A stretch of 64,000 nucleotides of DNA from Clostridia bacterium (GCA_017507005.1 JAFWBT010000019.1:13900-77899), one strand, 5' to 3'. Positions 1 through 10,374 are shown, numbered from the stretch's first letter. The notes: generated from the letters alone by a model not told the origin. Program-made: numbers and translations.

Positions 1-196
1 GCACTTTTATAATCTGATTAACGGGATAAATCACGGCATTTCCAAGCGTCGCCGCGCGTAAAATCCCTGCAAAAATCACCGCGCCTATCAACGACAGCGC
101 AAGGGCAAGCGCAACCGCCTTAATCCCTTCTATTACGCCGTTTCCATACCCGTTCGTATCCTCGCCGTAAGAACCTTGAAAACTATCCTTTCGCAT
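1..196 (-). CDS. Small membrane protein, 5' part only (gene runs off the left edge)
   Basis: ATG at 196 with GGAGGTG 7 nt upstream. Reads MRKDSFQGSYGEDTNGYGNGVIEGIKAVALALALSLIGAVIFAGIL..., a Gly-rich head then a hydrophobic helix, open to position 1. Truncated, so absent from the ORF track. Confidence 0.5.
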   Translation of the reverse strand, partial: MRKDSFQGSYGEDTNGYGNGVIEGIKAVALALALSLIGAVIFAGILRAATLGNAVIYPVNQIIKV

Positions 197-228
197 AAAA
201 AACACCTCCGCAATATTCTATGCGGAGG
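197..228 (-). terminator. Intrinsic terminator after yajC; its 3' arm contains the SD of the next gene
   Basis: 8-bp stem CCTCCGCA (205-212) / TGCGGAGG (221-228) with an 8-nt loop. On the minus strand it is followed by TGTTTTTT and then the ATG at 196. Confidence 0.6.
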
Positions 229-345
229 CGTTCGTTATTTAGACGTATTTTCTACGCAATCGTCTTGTTTTTTCGCAATTCACAATAAATTTACAATCCT
301 TTTGCGTGCTAGTAAATCCTTAGGGAATCGTCCATTTTTTAGGGA

Positions 346-816
346 TTATTCAGCCTGATCGTTCGTTTCTTCTGCGGGCATTTCCGTCGTTTCTTCTACG
401 GTTTCTTCCACAGTTTCTTCCGTTGCCGCTGCGGGTTCTGCCTTTTCTTCTACGGGAGCCGATTTTGCCACAGCATCCGTCTGATATACCGCCTGCTTAT
501 CGAATTTGATATACGATTTACCGCTTGCATCCGTACCCGTCAACAAAACAAACGTGTTGTCCTCGGGACAAACCTCTACGACTACGCCGCAAATACCGCC
601 AATCGTCTTTACCTTATTGCCAGGCTGGATAGCGTTGAGCATATTCTCCGTTTCCTGCTGTCTCTTTTTCTGCGAACGTCTATTGAAAATAGAGAACACT
701 ACGAACACACCGATAAGCACGATAAGCATAATCAGCGAAGAGGAGTTTCCACAGCCACCCTGAGGCGCCGTGCTCGTGTTACCCGCGCCGCTTTCCGTCA
801 ATAAATTCCAAAACAT
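346..816 (-). CDS. yajC: Preprotein translocase subunit YajC with an acidic repetitive C-terminal tail
   Basis: Single TM followed by RRSQKKRQQETENMLNAIQPGNKVKTIGGICGVVVEV, the typical YajC core. The tail contains TEETVEETVEETTE. Confidence 0.85.
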   Translation of the reverse strand: MFWNLLTESGAGNTSTAPQGGCGNSSSLIMLIVLIGVFVVFSIFNRRSQKKRQQETENMLNAIQPGNKVKTIGGICGVVVEVCPEDNTFVLLTGTDASGKSYIKFDKQAVYQTDAVAKSAPVEEKAEPAAATEETVEETVEETTEMPAEETNDQAE

Positions 817-1028
817 AAACTTTTCTCCTTTTTCGCGCTCTTCCTCGTCTGCTACAACCTTTTACAAAGCCTGCAACACGCCAAACACGCGATAAATCAA
901 TTACTTAAGTATTACTATGATAGCCTTTTTTTTGCTTTTTTGCAAGCGATTTTTCCATATTTTTCATATTTTTTTATTTTTCACCCTCTTTTCACTCGAT
1001 TTTCGTTTTTATTTATTGCATAAAAAAA

Positions 1029-1061
1029 GGAGCAGATTTACGTTCAACGCGTACCTGCCCC
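1029..1061 (-). repeat. Dispersed repeat family, copy a (intergenic, terminator-like)
   Basis: Minus strand reads GGGGCAGGTACGCGTTGAACGTAAATCTGCTCC then TTTTTTT. GGGGCAG can pair with CTGCTCC (one G-U). Confidence 0.8.
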
Positions 1062-1088
1062 TATCCTTTTAAAAAATATTACGATTTT

Positions 1089-2711
1089 TTATAATCTTTC
1101 CCAAGCCTTTACGCCGCGCTTTTTCAGCCATACGGTTATCCCCGCCGTCGCTATCGCGTATACGCCCAAACATATCAAGAAATACCCCTTTGCCGTGCAT
1201 ACGGAGAGCAACGCGCCGTCTTTGATAAATAAGAGTATAATCGGCAACGCAAGCATACCAATAGAGGCAAACATAGACAGCATCGACGCTACGCTCTGTT
1301 TCACCGCCGCGGCTTCGCTCGTCCAGCGCAAGCTAGGGAATTTGAGATTGAGTGCCAAGCCCGACGTCGCCGTTAAACACACGAACACGAGTGAAAATAC
1401 GGGCAAAAGCAGGATATAAAAGAGTTCCAGCTCGAACACGTACGAGAACGTCGCGCAAACGAGCAAGGACGGAATCCCCGTGACGAGTACGTGCAACAAC
1501 GCTTTTGCGCGCAAAATTTGCCACGAGGTTGCGGGTAACGATTTCACTAACCACAGCGTTTCCCCTTCCAAGGACACGGACGCCGCGCTGATGATATTCA
1601 TCGTAGCAATCATACACGCCAACGCCGTCGCCAACAAACCCTTTATATCGGAATTTTCACCGCCAAGCATACCCATGTACGCGTCGAGCCCGAAAATATC
1701 TCCCTCGATAAGGGCATAACCGCACAAAACTAAGGCAAGCACCGCACCCAGAGATGCGTTGAGCAGGTATACGGGCGTTTTAAACAACCGCAACGCTTCT
1801 TTGCGTAATAATGCGTTCGTCGCAGACATGGTACGCGCATTTTTCTCTTTATACTTCATTTTCCGCTCGCCGCGGTTGGTCGTAGCCACACGCGCGTACG
1901 ATTTCGCCAAAAACAGATAACTGAGCGCAAACAGTCCGCCGAACATAAGCGTAAACACGAGCATAGGCAACGGCTCGCCTTTCGCCGCCAAGCCTAGCTG
2001 CGAAAAAGGATACAGCACCGTTTTCATCACGCTGCCTACCGCTTCGCCGTGCATCAACACGTAGTTTAAATAGTCGTTCACCTTTGAATACACGAAGAAG
2101 TACGCAATAAACACCACAATTGACAACGCGAGCGTAAAGATATTTTTTGCAGGCAATCTCGCCGTTATAACGGCAATCAGCCAACCCAAAAGACAGCAGA
2201 CCGCAACCGCAAACAGAGGCAAGATAAACAGTATTAACGCGCAGAACAACACGGAAAGCACCGAAACGCCTGCCACCGTGAAATAACAAATGGCGGTGGG
2301 GACAAACACCAACGCCTCGAAAAAGAAAGTGAGTACGTACAGCCCCAGCATACGGGTAAAGAGTATCATCCACGAAGGCACGGGCATAGCGAACAGCAGT
2401 TCGTTATCTTTTGCCTCGTACAGCTTTGATTTAGCCGCAAACACACCGCCGACGATTCCAAGCGACGTCGCTATCGCGCCCAGCAGCGCAAAATACGCCC
2501 AATCAAGCCCCACCGTTACGAGTGGCTCGCACAGTGTATCCGCTATCAGCCAAAAGGACGCGCCCACAGCCCCGAACGCATACACCATCAGCACCGCAAA
2601 TCCCAGCGCCGCCATGGGCGAACGGCGTTTGCCGTCTTTTCTATTCAAAAGGAAGAACGACGCCGTTGCTATCAGCTCTTTTTTTAATAACGCTTTCAGC
2701 ATACAAAACAC
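1089..2711 (-). CDS. Multi-pass ABC-2-type exporter permease
   Basis: 540 aa, highly hydrophobic with many predicted TM helices. Ends 4 nt before the start of the ABC ATPase gene upstream. Confidence 0.7.
   Translation of the reverse strand: MFCMLKALLKKELIATASFFLLNRKDGKRRSPMAALGFAVLMVYAFGAVGASFWLIADTLCEPLVTVGLDWAYFALLGAIATSLGIVGGVFAAKSKLYEAKDNELLFAMPVPSWMILFTRMLGLYVLTFFFEALVFVPTAICYFTVAGVSVLSVLFCALILFILPLFAVAVCCLLGWLIAVITARLPAKNIFTLALSIVVFIAYFFVYSKVNDYLNYVLMHGEAVGSVMKTVLYPFSQLGLAAKGEPLPMLVFTLMFGGLFALSYLFLAKSYARVATTNRGERKMKYKEKNARTMSATNALLRKEALRLFKTPVYLLNASLGAVLALVLCGYALIEGDIFGLDAYMGMLGGENSDIKGLLATALACMIATMNIISAASVSLEGETLWLVKSLPATSWQILRAKALLHVLVTGIPSLLVCATFSYVFELELFYILLLPVFSLVFVCLTATSGLALNLKFPSLRWTSEAAAVKQSVASMLSMFASIGMLALPIILLFIKDGALLSVCTAKGYFLICLGVYAIATAGITVWLKKRGVKAWERL
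1813..1844 (-). repeat. Dispersed repeat family, in-frame coding copy inside the permease
   Basis: 26 of 31 positions identical to intergenic copy f by hand alignment. Encodes ...NARTMSATNAL... in a predicted loop. Confidence 0.7.
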
Positions 2712-2714
2712 CCC

Positions 2715-3461
2715 TTATTCCGCCAGCTCCAAGAACACGTTTTCCAACGATGTATCCCCTTTCACCTCGTCCATGGTACCCGCCTTTATCAATTTTCCGT
2801 CCTTGATAATCGCCACTTTATCGCATAATTTTTCCGCCACCTCCAACACGTGCGTGGAGAAAAAGATTGCGCCGCCGCGCGCGCATACCTCACGCATCAT
2901 TTCCTTTAACGTATGCGCCGCTTTGGGATCTAGCCCAACGAACGGTTCGTCCATAATAATCAGCTTCGGTTCGTGCAGAAATGCCGAAATCACGGCGAGT
3001 TTTTGCCGCATACCGTGCGAATACGTCGCAATCGGCTGCGCCAAATCCCCCGTCAAGCCGAACATGTCGGCATATTTTGCAATGCGCGCTTTTCTATCCG
3101 CCGCCGATACCTTAAAAATATCCGCAACGAACTGTAAATATTGTATGCCCGTCATAAAGCCGTACAAATCGGGATTATCGGGAATATAGGCAATATTCGC
3201 CTTGCACCGCAACGGCTCTGTCCGCACCGACACACCGTCTACGTATATCTCCCCCTCTTCAAATTGCAAAATGCCGCAACACGCCTTAATCGTCGTAGTC
3301 TTACCCGCGCCGTTGTGACCGATAAAGCCGTAAATCTCTCCTTTTTGGATATGCAACGACAAACCGTCCACCGCGCTCTTTTCTCCGTATTTCTTCGTCA
3401 AATTCTCTATTTTTAACATTTCCCCTGCTCCTTTGGAAAATATTTTTTTATCCGATATCAA
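2715..3461 (-). CDS. ABC transporter ATP-binding protein
   Basis: Walker A GHNGAGKTT, signature YSHGMRQKL, Walker B LIIMDEP. Confidence 0.9.
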   Translation of the reverse strand: MISDKKIFSKGAGEMLKIENLTKKYGEKSAVDGLSLHIQKGEIYGFIGHNGAGKTTTIKACCGILQFEEGEIYVDGVSVRTEPLRCKANIAYIPDNPDLYGFMTGIQYLQFVADIFKVSAADRKARIAKYADMFGLTGDLAQPIATYSHGMRQKLAVISAFLHEPKLIIMDEPFVGLDPKAAHTLKEMMREVCARGGAIFFSTHVLEVAEKLCDKVAIIKDGKLIKAGTMDEVKGDTSLENVFLELAE

Positions 3462-3512
3462 AATGATATCATATCACAAACGCTTTGTCAAGACTTTTTA
3501 CTAAATTTCATA

Positions 3513-3549
3513 TAAAAAACGGGGCGGTATATCCAGCCGCTCCGTTTTA
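3513..3549 (-). terminator. Intrinsic terminator after tgt
   Basis: ACGGGGCGG / CCGCTCCGT stem (one G-U) flanked by an A-run and a T-run. Confidence 0.55.
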
Positions 3550-3612
3550 TACGCTTTTGTCGTAGCAAATTCATCCTTATTTATGACGGCACGAATTTAT
3601 GACGGCACGAAT

Positions 3613-4845
<1,233 letters not shown>

Positions 4846-4945
4846 CTATAAAATAATTTTATGCGTTATACACACGATTTTTATACATTTATGCAATAAA
4901 TATTAAAAATAAAATAAATTTTTGCATTTTTTGGATAAAAAACGG

Positions 4946-4974
4946 TTGACTTATACTAAAATAAGGTATACAAT
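4946..4974 (+). promoter_or_regulatory. Sigma-A-type promoter for the amino-acid ABC operon
   Basis: TTGACT, 17 nt spacer, TACAAT. Confidence 0.55.
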
Positions 4975-5008
4975 AGGCGCATAAACAATTATTTAAGGAG
5001 TTTTTATT

Positions 5009-5887
5009 ATGAGCATCAAGAAAATTTTGGCTACACTTTTAGCGGCAACGTCGGTATTTGCGACGGTTGGTATGGCGTCCTGCGGCGACGATAAAAAAGA
5101 CGCGGCTAGCGGCGCGCTCGTTAAGACGGTGGAAGTGAAACTGACGGAAGAAGAATACGCGTTCGTTACCAAAAAGACGAACACCGCACTCGTGGACGAT
5201 TTCAATGCGTTCCTCGACGATTTGAAAGCAGACGGCACGTTCAGCGCGCTCGTGGCGAAATATTTTGAAGGCAAAGGCGAAAAGGTTGGCTATAACGTCA
5301 CCACGACGGACGTTGCCAACACGGATAGCAACCTCGTCGTTGTTACCAACTGTCCTTTCGAGCCATTTGAATATATCGGCAACGACGGAAAAATCTACGG
5401 TCTTGATATCGAAATCGCAGCCGCTTACGCAGAGGCGAAAGAGCTCGACCTCGTTGTAAAAAATATCGGCTTTGACGATATCTTCACGCAGGTAGACGCA
5501 GGCTACGCGGATATCGGTATGGCTGGTATCACGGCAAGCGAAGACCGTAAAGAATTGTACGGCTTTACGCAGGAATACTATCAGGCTTCTCAAAAGCTGA
5601 TCGTTGCGGCTAGCAACAAGGATTTCGACGCCTGCACAACGAAAGAAGACGTAGAAGCTGTGTTGGCTGGTCTTAAAAATAAGAAAGTCGGCTATCAAAT
5701 CGGTACGACGGGCGGTATGTACGTAGTTGGCGACGCTGACTGGGACTACGACGGCTTTGCTAACTTGGAAGGCAAAGGCTACGCAACCGCGCAAGACGCC
5801 GTACTCGACCTTATCAACGGCAACCTCTACGCAGTAGTTGTGGACGAAGCGCCTGCAAACGCGTTGGTAAAGGCGGCAAACTCTTAA
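5009..5887 (+). CDS. Amino-acid ABC transporter substrate-binding lipoprotein
   Basis: Lipobox GMASCGDD. Family-3 SBP-like core (FEPFEY, GLDIEIA, DIGMAGIT). First gene of an SBP-permease-ATPase operon. Confidence 0.85.
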   Translation: MSIKKILATLLAATSVFATVGMASCGDDKKDAASGALVKTVEVKLTEEEYAFVTKKTNTALVDDFNAFLDDLKADGTFSALVAKYFEGKGEKVGYNVTTTDVANTDSNLVVVTNCPFEPFEYIGNDGKIYGLDIEIAAAYAEAKELDLVVKNIGFDDIFTQVDAGYADIGMAGITASEDRKELYGFTQEYYQASQKLIVAASNKDFDACTTKEDVEAVLAGLKNKKVGYQIGTTGGMYVVGDADWDYDGFANLEGKGYATAQDAVLDLINGNLYAVVVDEAPANALVKAANS

Positions 5888-5987
5888 TTTCGCGCAACGA
5901 AAAACTTGGTTTTTTAAGCAATTTTAAATAAACGGCAACACCCCCGCAACTTGTTTGCGGGTGGTTTTGCGTAAATAAGGAGAAACT

Positions 5988-6716
5988 ATGGATTGGTCTA
6001 CAAAGTGGGAAAAATTTGTCTCCACGATGGAAGGCGAATATTTTCAACAGCTATTGCTTGACGGCTTGCTGAATACTGACAAGGTGGCGGTGATGGGCTT
6101 GATTATCGGTATTATCATCGGTACGCTCATAGCCGTTGTAAAAGTCGCGCCGAAATACAAGCTGATTATGCGCATATTAGACAAAATATGTACGGTGTAC
6201 GTTGCCCTTTTCCGCGGCACGCCTATGACGGTACAGCTGTTGTTGGCGTATTACGTACTGCTCCCCTCGCTCGGCGTACGGAACGTCGATTCCCTCACCG
6301 TCGGTATCGTCGTGTTTGGTATGAACAGCGGCGCATACGTATCCGAAATCATGCGTGGCGGTATCAATTCCGTCGACAAAGGTCAAATGGAGGCAGGCAG
6401 AGCGGTTGGGCTTAGCTACAACGTTACAATGCTGCGTATCGTAATCCCGCAGGCGATTAAAAATATTTTGCCTACGCTCGGCAACGAATTTATCACCTTG
6501 ATTAAAGAAACCTCCGTACTTAGCTTTATCACGGTATACGACCTGTATACGGCGCTCAGCGCAATCGGCAGTAAAAATTACGAAAAAATGGTCCCCTATC
6601 TCGTAATGGCGGTCATTTATATCATCTTGGTATTGCTCATCACCTTGCTCGTGCGGTTGTTGGAAACGGCGCTCGCCAAGAGCGACAAATCAGCGCCCAA
6701 ACGTAAAAAGGCGTAA
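5988..6716 (+). CDS. Amino-acid ABC transporter permease (His/Glu/Gln/Arg type)
   Basis: [11 protein letters not shown] and the EAA-like loop [23 protein letters not shown]. Confidence 0.9.
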   Translation: MDWSTKWEKFVSTMEGEYFQQLLLDGLLNTDKVAVMGLIIGIIIGTLIAVVKVAPKYKLIMRILDKICTVYVALFRGTPMTVQLLLAYYVLLPSLGVRNVDSLTVGIVVFGMNSGAYVSEIMRGGINSVDKGQMEAGRAVGLSYNVTMLRIVIPQAIKNILPTLGNEFITLIKETSVLSFITVYDLYTALSAIGSKNYEKMVPYLVMAVIYIILVLLITLLVRLLETALAKSDKSAPKRKKA

Positions 6717-6727
6717 GGAGAAAAACC

Positions 6728-7567
6728 ATGCAAGAAAATTGTATTCTTAAAATAGAACATCTTAATAAAAAATTTGCCGACCACGAAGTGTTGAAAGACG
6801 TAAACCTTACGGTGAACAAAGGCGACGTCGTTGCGATTATCGGGCCGTCGGGCTGTGGTAAATCCACTTTTTTGCGCTGTTTAAACTGTATGGAAGACCC
6901 GACGGGCGGTACGATACTTTTCCGCGGTGAGAACCTCGCCGATTTTAAGGTGGATATCAATAAACACCGCCGCCATATCGGTATGGTGTTTCAGCAGTTT
7001 AATCTGTTCAATAATATGACTGTGCTGCAAAATATCACCCTCGCGCCTATTCTTGTCGGCTGTGCGGATTTACGCGCCAAAAAAAGAAAAACTCTGTTGA
7101 CAAAAATCGGCAACGTGTTCCGCAAGGAAAAGAAAGCCGTTGACGCCCCCACCGTGACGAAAGCGGATATAAAAACCGCGGCAAAAGAAAAAGCGATGGA
7201 GCTGCTCAAAAAAATCGGACTGGAAGATAAGGCAGACGCCTATCCCTCCACACTCTCAGGCGGTCAGAAACAGCGTATCGCCATTGTTCGCGCTCTGGCT
7301 ATGGAGCCGGACGTACTCCTTTTCGACGAACCGACCTCCGCGCTCGACCCTGAAATGGTGGGCGAAGTGTTGAATTTGATGACCGAGCTTGCCAACGAAG
7401 GCATGACCATGGTCGTGGTGACGCACGAAATGGGCTTTGCGAAAGAGGTGGCAAACCGCGTTATTTTCATTGACGAAGGCGTTATCAAAGAAGAAAACAC
7501 CCCACAGGAATTTTTCCACGCTCCTCAAAACGAACGTTTGAAAGAATTTCTTTCCAAGGTGCTGTAA
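6728..7567 (+). CDS. Amino-acid ABC transporter ATP-binding protein with a roughly 35-40 aa basic insertion
   Basis: [28 protein letters not shown]. Has an extra Lys-rich segment (aa about 111-150) between the Q-loop region and the signature motif. Confidence 0.9.
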   Translation: MQENCILKIEHLNKKFADHEVLKDVNLTVNKGDVVAIIGPSGCGKSTFLRCLNCMEDPTGGTILFRGENLADFKVDINKHRRHIGMVFQQFNLFNNMTVLQNITLAPILVGCADLRAKKRKTLLTKIGNVFRKEKKAVDAPTVTKADIKTAAKEKAMELLKKIGLEDKADAYPSTLSGGQKQRIAIVRALAMEPDVLLFDEPTSALDPEMVGEVLNLMTELANEGMTMVVVTHEMGFAKEVANRVIFIDEGVIKEENTPQEFFHAPQNERLKEFLSKVL

Positions 7568-7640
7568 AAGACAAATGAGTGATAAAAAAGCAAGACTGTT
7601 ACCGCTCTGCCCTTAGGAATTGAACTGAATAATTTATGAA

Positions 7641-7670
7641 ACTCGACTTACAAGAAGTCGAGTTTTCTTT
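7641..7670 (+). terminator. Intrinsic terminator of the amino-acid ABC operon
   Basis: ACTCGACTT / AAGTCGAGT 9-bp stem followed by TTTTCTTTT. Confidence 0.7.
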
Positions 7671-7687
7671 TACCCACGCAAATCCGC

Positions 7688-7716
7688 TTGAATTAAAATG
7701 GGTTTTTTGATATAAT
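7688..7716 (+). promoter_or_regulatory. Near-consensus sigma-A promoter for the orphan 67-aa gene
   Basis: TTGAAT, 17 nt spacer, TATAAT. Confidence 0.6.
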
Positions 7717-7757
7717 AAACGCACCGATAAATAAGAATTTGAAAGGAGGATAATACT

Positions 7758-7961
7758 ATGGCATTCTTTCCGCCAATCCCACTCATTAGAAGAAATGTAA
7801 TTGTAAAAAAGTTGAAGGCGTGCGGTGCGACTTCTGAGGAATCAGCCAAAACATTGGCAGAAGCAGGAGTAATTAATCCTAACGGATTTAAGCGTGTTAC
7901 GGAAAAGTTGGTTGAAACAAATATAATTCATAAAACCTCAGACGGTAAATATTATATTTGA
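7758..7961 (+). CDS. Hypothetical small protein (67 aa), AT-rich orphan
   Basis: AAAGGAGG RBS 8 nt upstream, with its own promoter and terminator. No motif I recognise. Confidence 0.45.
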   Translation: MAFFPPIPLIRRNVIVKKLKACGATSEESAKTLAEAGVINPNGFKRVTEKLVETNIIHKTSDGKYYI

Positions 7962-8070
7962 TTTGACAAATTCCAATTTATCGAACAGTTATCCTTGTAG
8001 AAAAACTTTCAAAAGTATAGCTCACTATACTTTGCGAGCAAAGTTGTGTGTTTTTACAAAGCAAAAAAGT

Positions 8071-8100
8071 AAAGAGTAGCAATTTTATTGCTACTCTTTT
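8071..8100. terminator. Bidirectional hairpin terminator
   Basis: AAAGAGTAGCAA / TTGCTACTCTTT 12-bp stem with a 5-nt loop, T-rich on both sides. Confidence 0.65.
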
Positions 8101-8160
8101 ATAACATGCTTAAAAATCCCTATGGGAAGACACCTTTGTTGCCTTGCCCTTATTTTTTCT

Positions 8161-8359
8161 CTCGTTTTCCGTAAAACGACGTAGTTGCGAGCAAGACAAG
8201 GAGGCTTTGAGGGAGCATACCGATAGTATGTGACCGAAAAACAACGCGGTTTCCTCTCTCGTTTCCCACCCTCTCGTTTTCCGTAAAAACGGCGTAGTTG
8301 CGAGCAAGACAAGGAGGCTTTGAGGGAGCATACCGATAGTATGTGACCGAAAAACAACG
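8161..8359. repeat. Tandem direct repeat, 2 x 86/87 nt separated by 26 nt
   Basis: Copies at 8161-8246 and 8273-8359 differ by one substitution and one 1-nt indel. The spacer contains a truncated repeat start (CTCTCGTTTCC). Confidence 0.95.
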
Positions 8360-8390
8360 AAGTATTGCGAAGTAAATACGTCGTTTTTTT
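8357..8390. terminator. Bidirectional terminator at the 3' end of the ABC exporter operon
   Basis: ACGAAGTATT / AATACGTCGT stem (one mismatch) with an 8-nt loop. T7 follows on the plus strand and TGTTTTT on the minus strand. Confidence 0.6.
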
Positions 8391-10374
8391 ATTCTAACTC
8401 GAACGCGCCCGTATACAACTGATAATACGTGCCTTTTTGCTCGATAAGCTGCTCGTGCGTGCCACGTTCGATAATACGGCCGTGGTCGAGCACCATAATG
8501 GCGTCGGAATTGCGGACTGTGGATAATCTATGCGCGATAACGAACACCGTTCTGCCGTGCATCAGTTTATCCATACCGTCGGAAACGAGCGCTTCCGTAC
8601 GCGTATCGATAGAGGACGTCGCCTCGTCCAAAATCATAGCAGGCGCATCCGCCACCGCCGCGCGCGCGATAGACAACAGCTGACGCTGACCTTGCGAGAG
8701 GTTTGCGCCGTTGTTTGTCAATACGGTGTCGTAGCCGTCGGGCAAACGCCGAATAAAATCGTCCGCGTTCGCAAGCCGCGCCGCCTCGATACATTCCTCG
8801 TCCGTCGCGTCCAGTCTGCCGTAACGGATATTCTCCATTACCGTACCCGTAAACAAATTCGTATCCTGCAAAACAATCCCCAACGAACGCCGCAAATCGT
8901 CCTTGCGGATTTTATTGATATTGATGCCGTCGTAACGGATTTTCCCGTCTGCGATATCGTAAAACCGATTGATAAGGTTTGTAATCGTCGTCTTACCTGC
9001 GCCCGTCGCGCCAACGAACGCAATCTTTTGCCCAGGCTTTGCGTACAGCGTAACGTCGGTGAGCACCTGCTTTTCAGGCACGTAGCCAAAATCCACCATA
9101 TCCATTACGATATCCCCACGAAGCGGAGTATACGTCGTCGTATCGTCGGCTTTGTGATAGTGTTTCCAAGCCCACTCGCCCGTGCGCTCCGTCGTTTCGA
9201 TAACGTTGCCGTTCTCGTCCGTTTTCGCATTGACGAGCGTAACGTACCCTTCGTCCGTTTCAGGCTGTTCGTCCATGAGCGTGAACACACGGCTCGCCCC
9301 TGCAAGCCCCATCGCTATCATAGAAATTTGTTGCGACATCTGGTTTACCGTCTGCGCGAAGTTTCGCGACATACCCAAGAACGCCACGATAACGCCTATC
9401 CCTATCGTAGACACGCCGTTAAAGATAGAGGAAAGCCCGATATTCGGCACGTGAAGCGCGTACATTGCGCCGCCGACAATCGAAAGAAGCACGTAGGAGA
9501 AATTGCCGATATTGCCCAAGATAGGTCCCAGCACGTTCCCGAAAATATTTGCCCGCTCGCTGTCTTTGAACAGCTGTTCGTTCAGCGCGTCAAAATCCTC
9601 TTTCGCCCGTTCCTCGTGCGTGAATACTTTGACGACCTTTTGCCCTTTCATCATTTCCTCGACAAAGCCCTCTTCACGAGCCAACGAGGTCTGTTGGGAT
9701 ACCATATATTTCGCGCTGTTACCGCCGATTTTTTTCACGACGAACGTCATCAAAACGCTGCACAGCGCCACCACGAACGACAGCCAAAGGCTGTACGTGA
9801 GCATAAGGAAAATAGAAACGATTAGCGTTAACGAGCTAGTGAGCAGCGTCGGCAAGCTCTGTCCAATGAGCTGCCTAGTTGCGTCCGTATCGTTCGTATA
9901 CGTACTCATAATATCGCCGTGTGCGTGCGTATCGAAATACTTAATGGGCAACGTTTGCATTTTTTCAAACATATCCGTACGCAAATGGTACAGCATACCC
10001 TGCGTCACCGTCGCCATAATCCGCGTGTATAAGAAAGACGTCAGGATAACAAGCCCATACACCGTCACCATCATCACAATCAGCCCCACGAGCATCGACT
10101 TCGCCTCCGCGAACGTCTTTTCTGCGCTCAGCACGGGCGTGATTACGTGGTCGACGAGCAGCTGCATATACACCGTGGAAACAAGACTGCCTACCGAGCT
10201 GATTAAAATACAAATTATTACGACAATCAGCTGCCATTTATAATATTTCACCAACGTCCCCAGCAAGCGTTTGAGCGTGCCTTTTTTAATCGCACCCTTG
10301 GGCACGGGCATACCCCGCCCTCGCATAGGACCTTTGGGCATCGTCGGTTTTCTTTCCGTTCTTACTTGTGCCAT
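8389..10374 (-). CDS. ABC exporter, fused permease/ATPase (heterodimer partner 2)
   Basis: N-terminal 6-TM domain. GATGAGKTT, LSQGQRQLL, MILDEATSSID. Confidence 0.9.
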   Translation of the reverse strand: MAQVRTERKPTMPKGPMRGRGMPVPKGAIKKGTLKRLLGTLVKYYKWQLIVVIICILISSVGSLVSTVYMQLLVDHVITPVLSAEKTFAEAKSMLVGLIVMMVTVYGLVILTSFLYTRIMATVTQGMLYHLRTDMFEKMQTLPIKYFDTHAHGDIMSTYTNDTDATRQLIGQSLPTLLTSSLTLIVSIFLMLTYSLWLSFVVALCSVLMTFVVKKIGGNSAKYMVSQQTSLAREEGFVEEMMKGQKVVKVFTHEERAKEDFDALNEQLFKDSERANIFGNVLGPILGNIGNFSYVLLSIVGGAMYALHVPNIGLSSIFNGVSTIGIGVIVAFLGMSRNFAQTVNQMSQQISMIAMGLAGASRVFTLMDEQPETDEGYVTLVNAKTDENGNVIETTERTGEWAWKHYHKADDTTTYTPLRGDIVMDMVDFGYVPEKQVLTDVTLYAKPGQKIAFVGATGAGKTTITNLINRFYDIADGKIRYDGININKIRKDDLRRSLGIVLQDTNLFTGTVMENIRYGRLDATDEECIEAARLANADDFIRRLPDGYDTVLTNNGANLSQGQRQLLSIARAAVADAPAMILDEATSSIDTRTEALVSDGMDKLMHGRTVFVIAHRLSTVRNSDAIMVLDHGRIIERGTHEQLIEQKGTYYQLYTGAFELE

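Noticed and set aside
8161-8359. The tandem 86-nt repeat as a CRISPR array.
   Set aside because: There are only two units. The unit length (86-87 nt) is far above CRISPR repeat size, the 26-nt spacer is itself partly repeat-derived, and no cas genes are present in the window.
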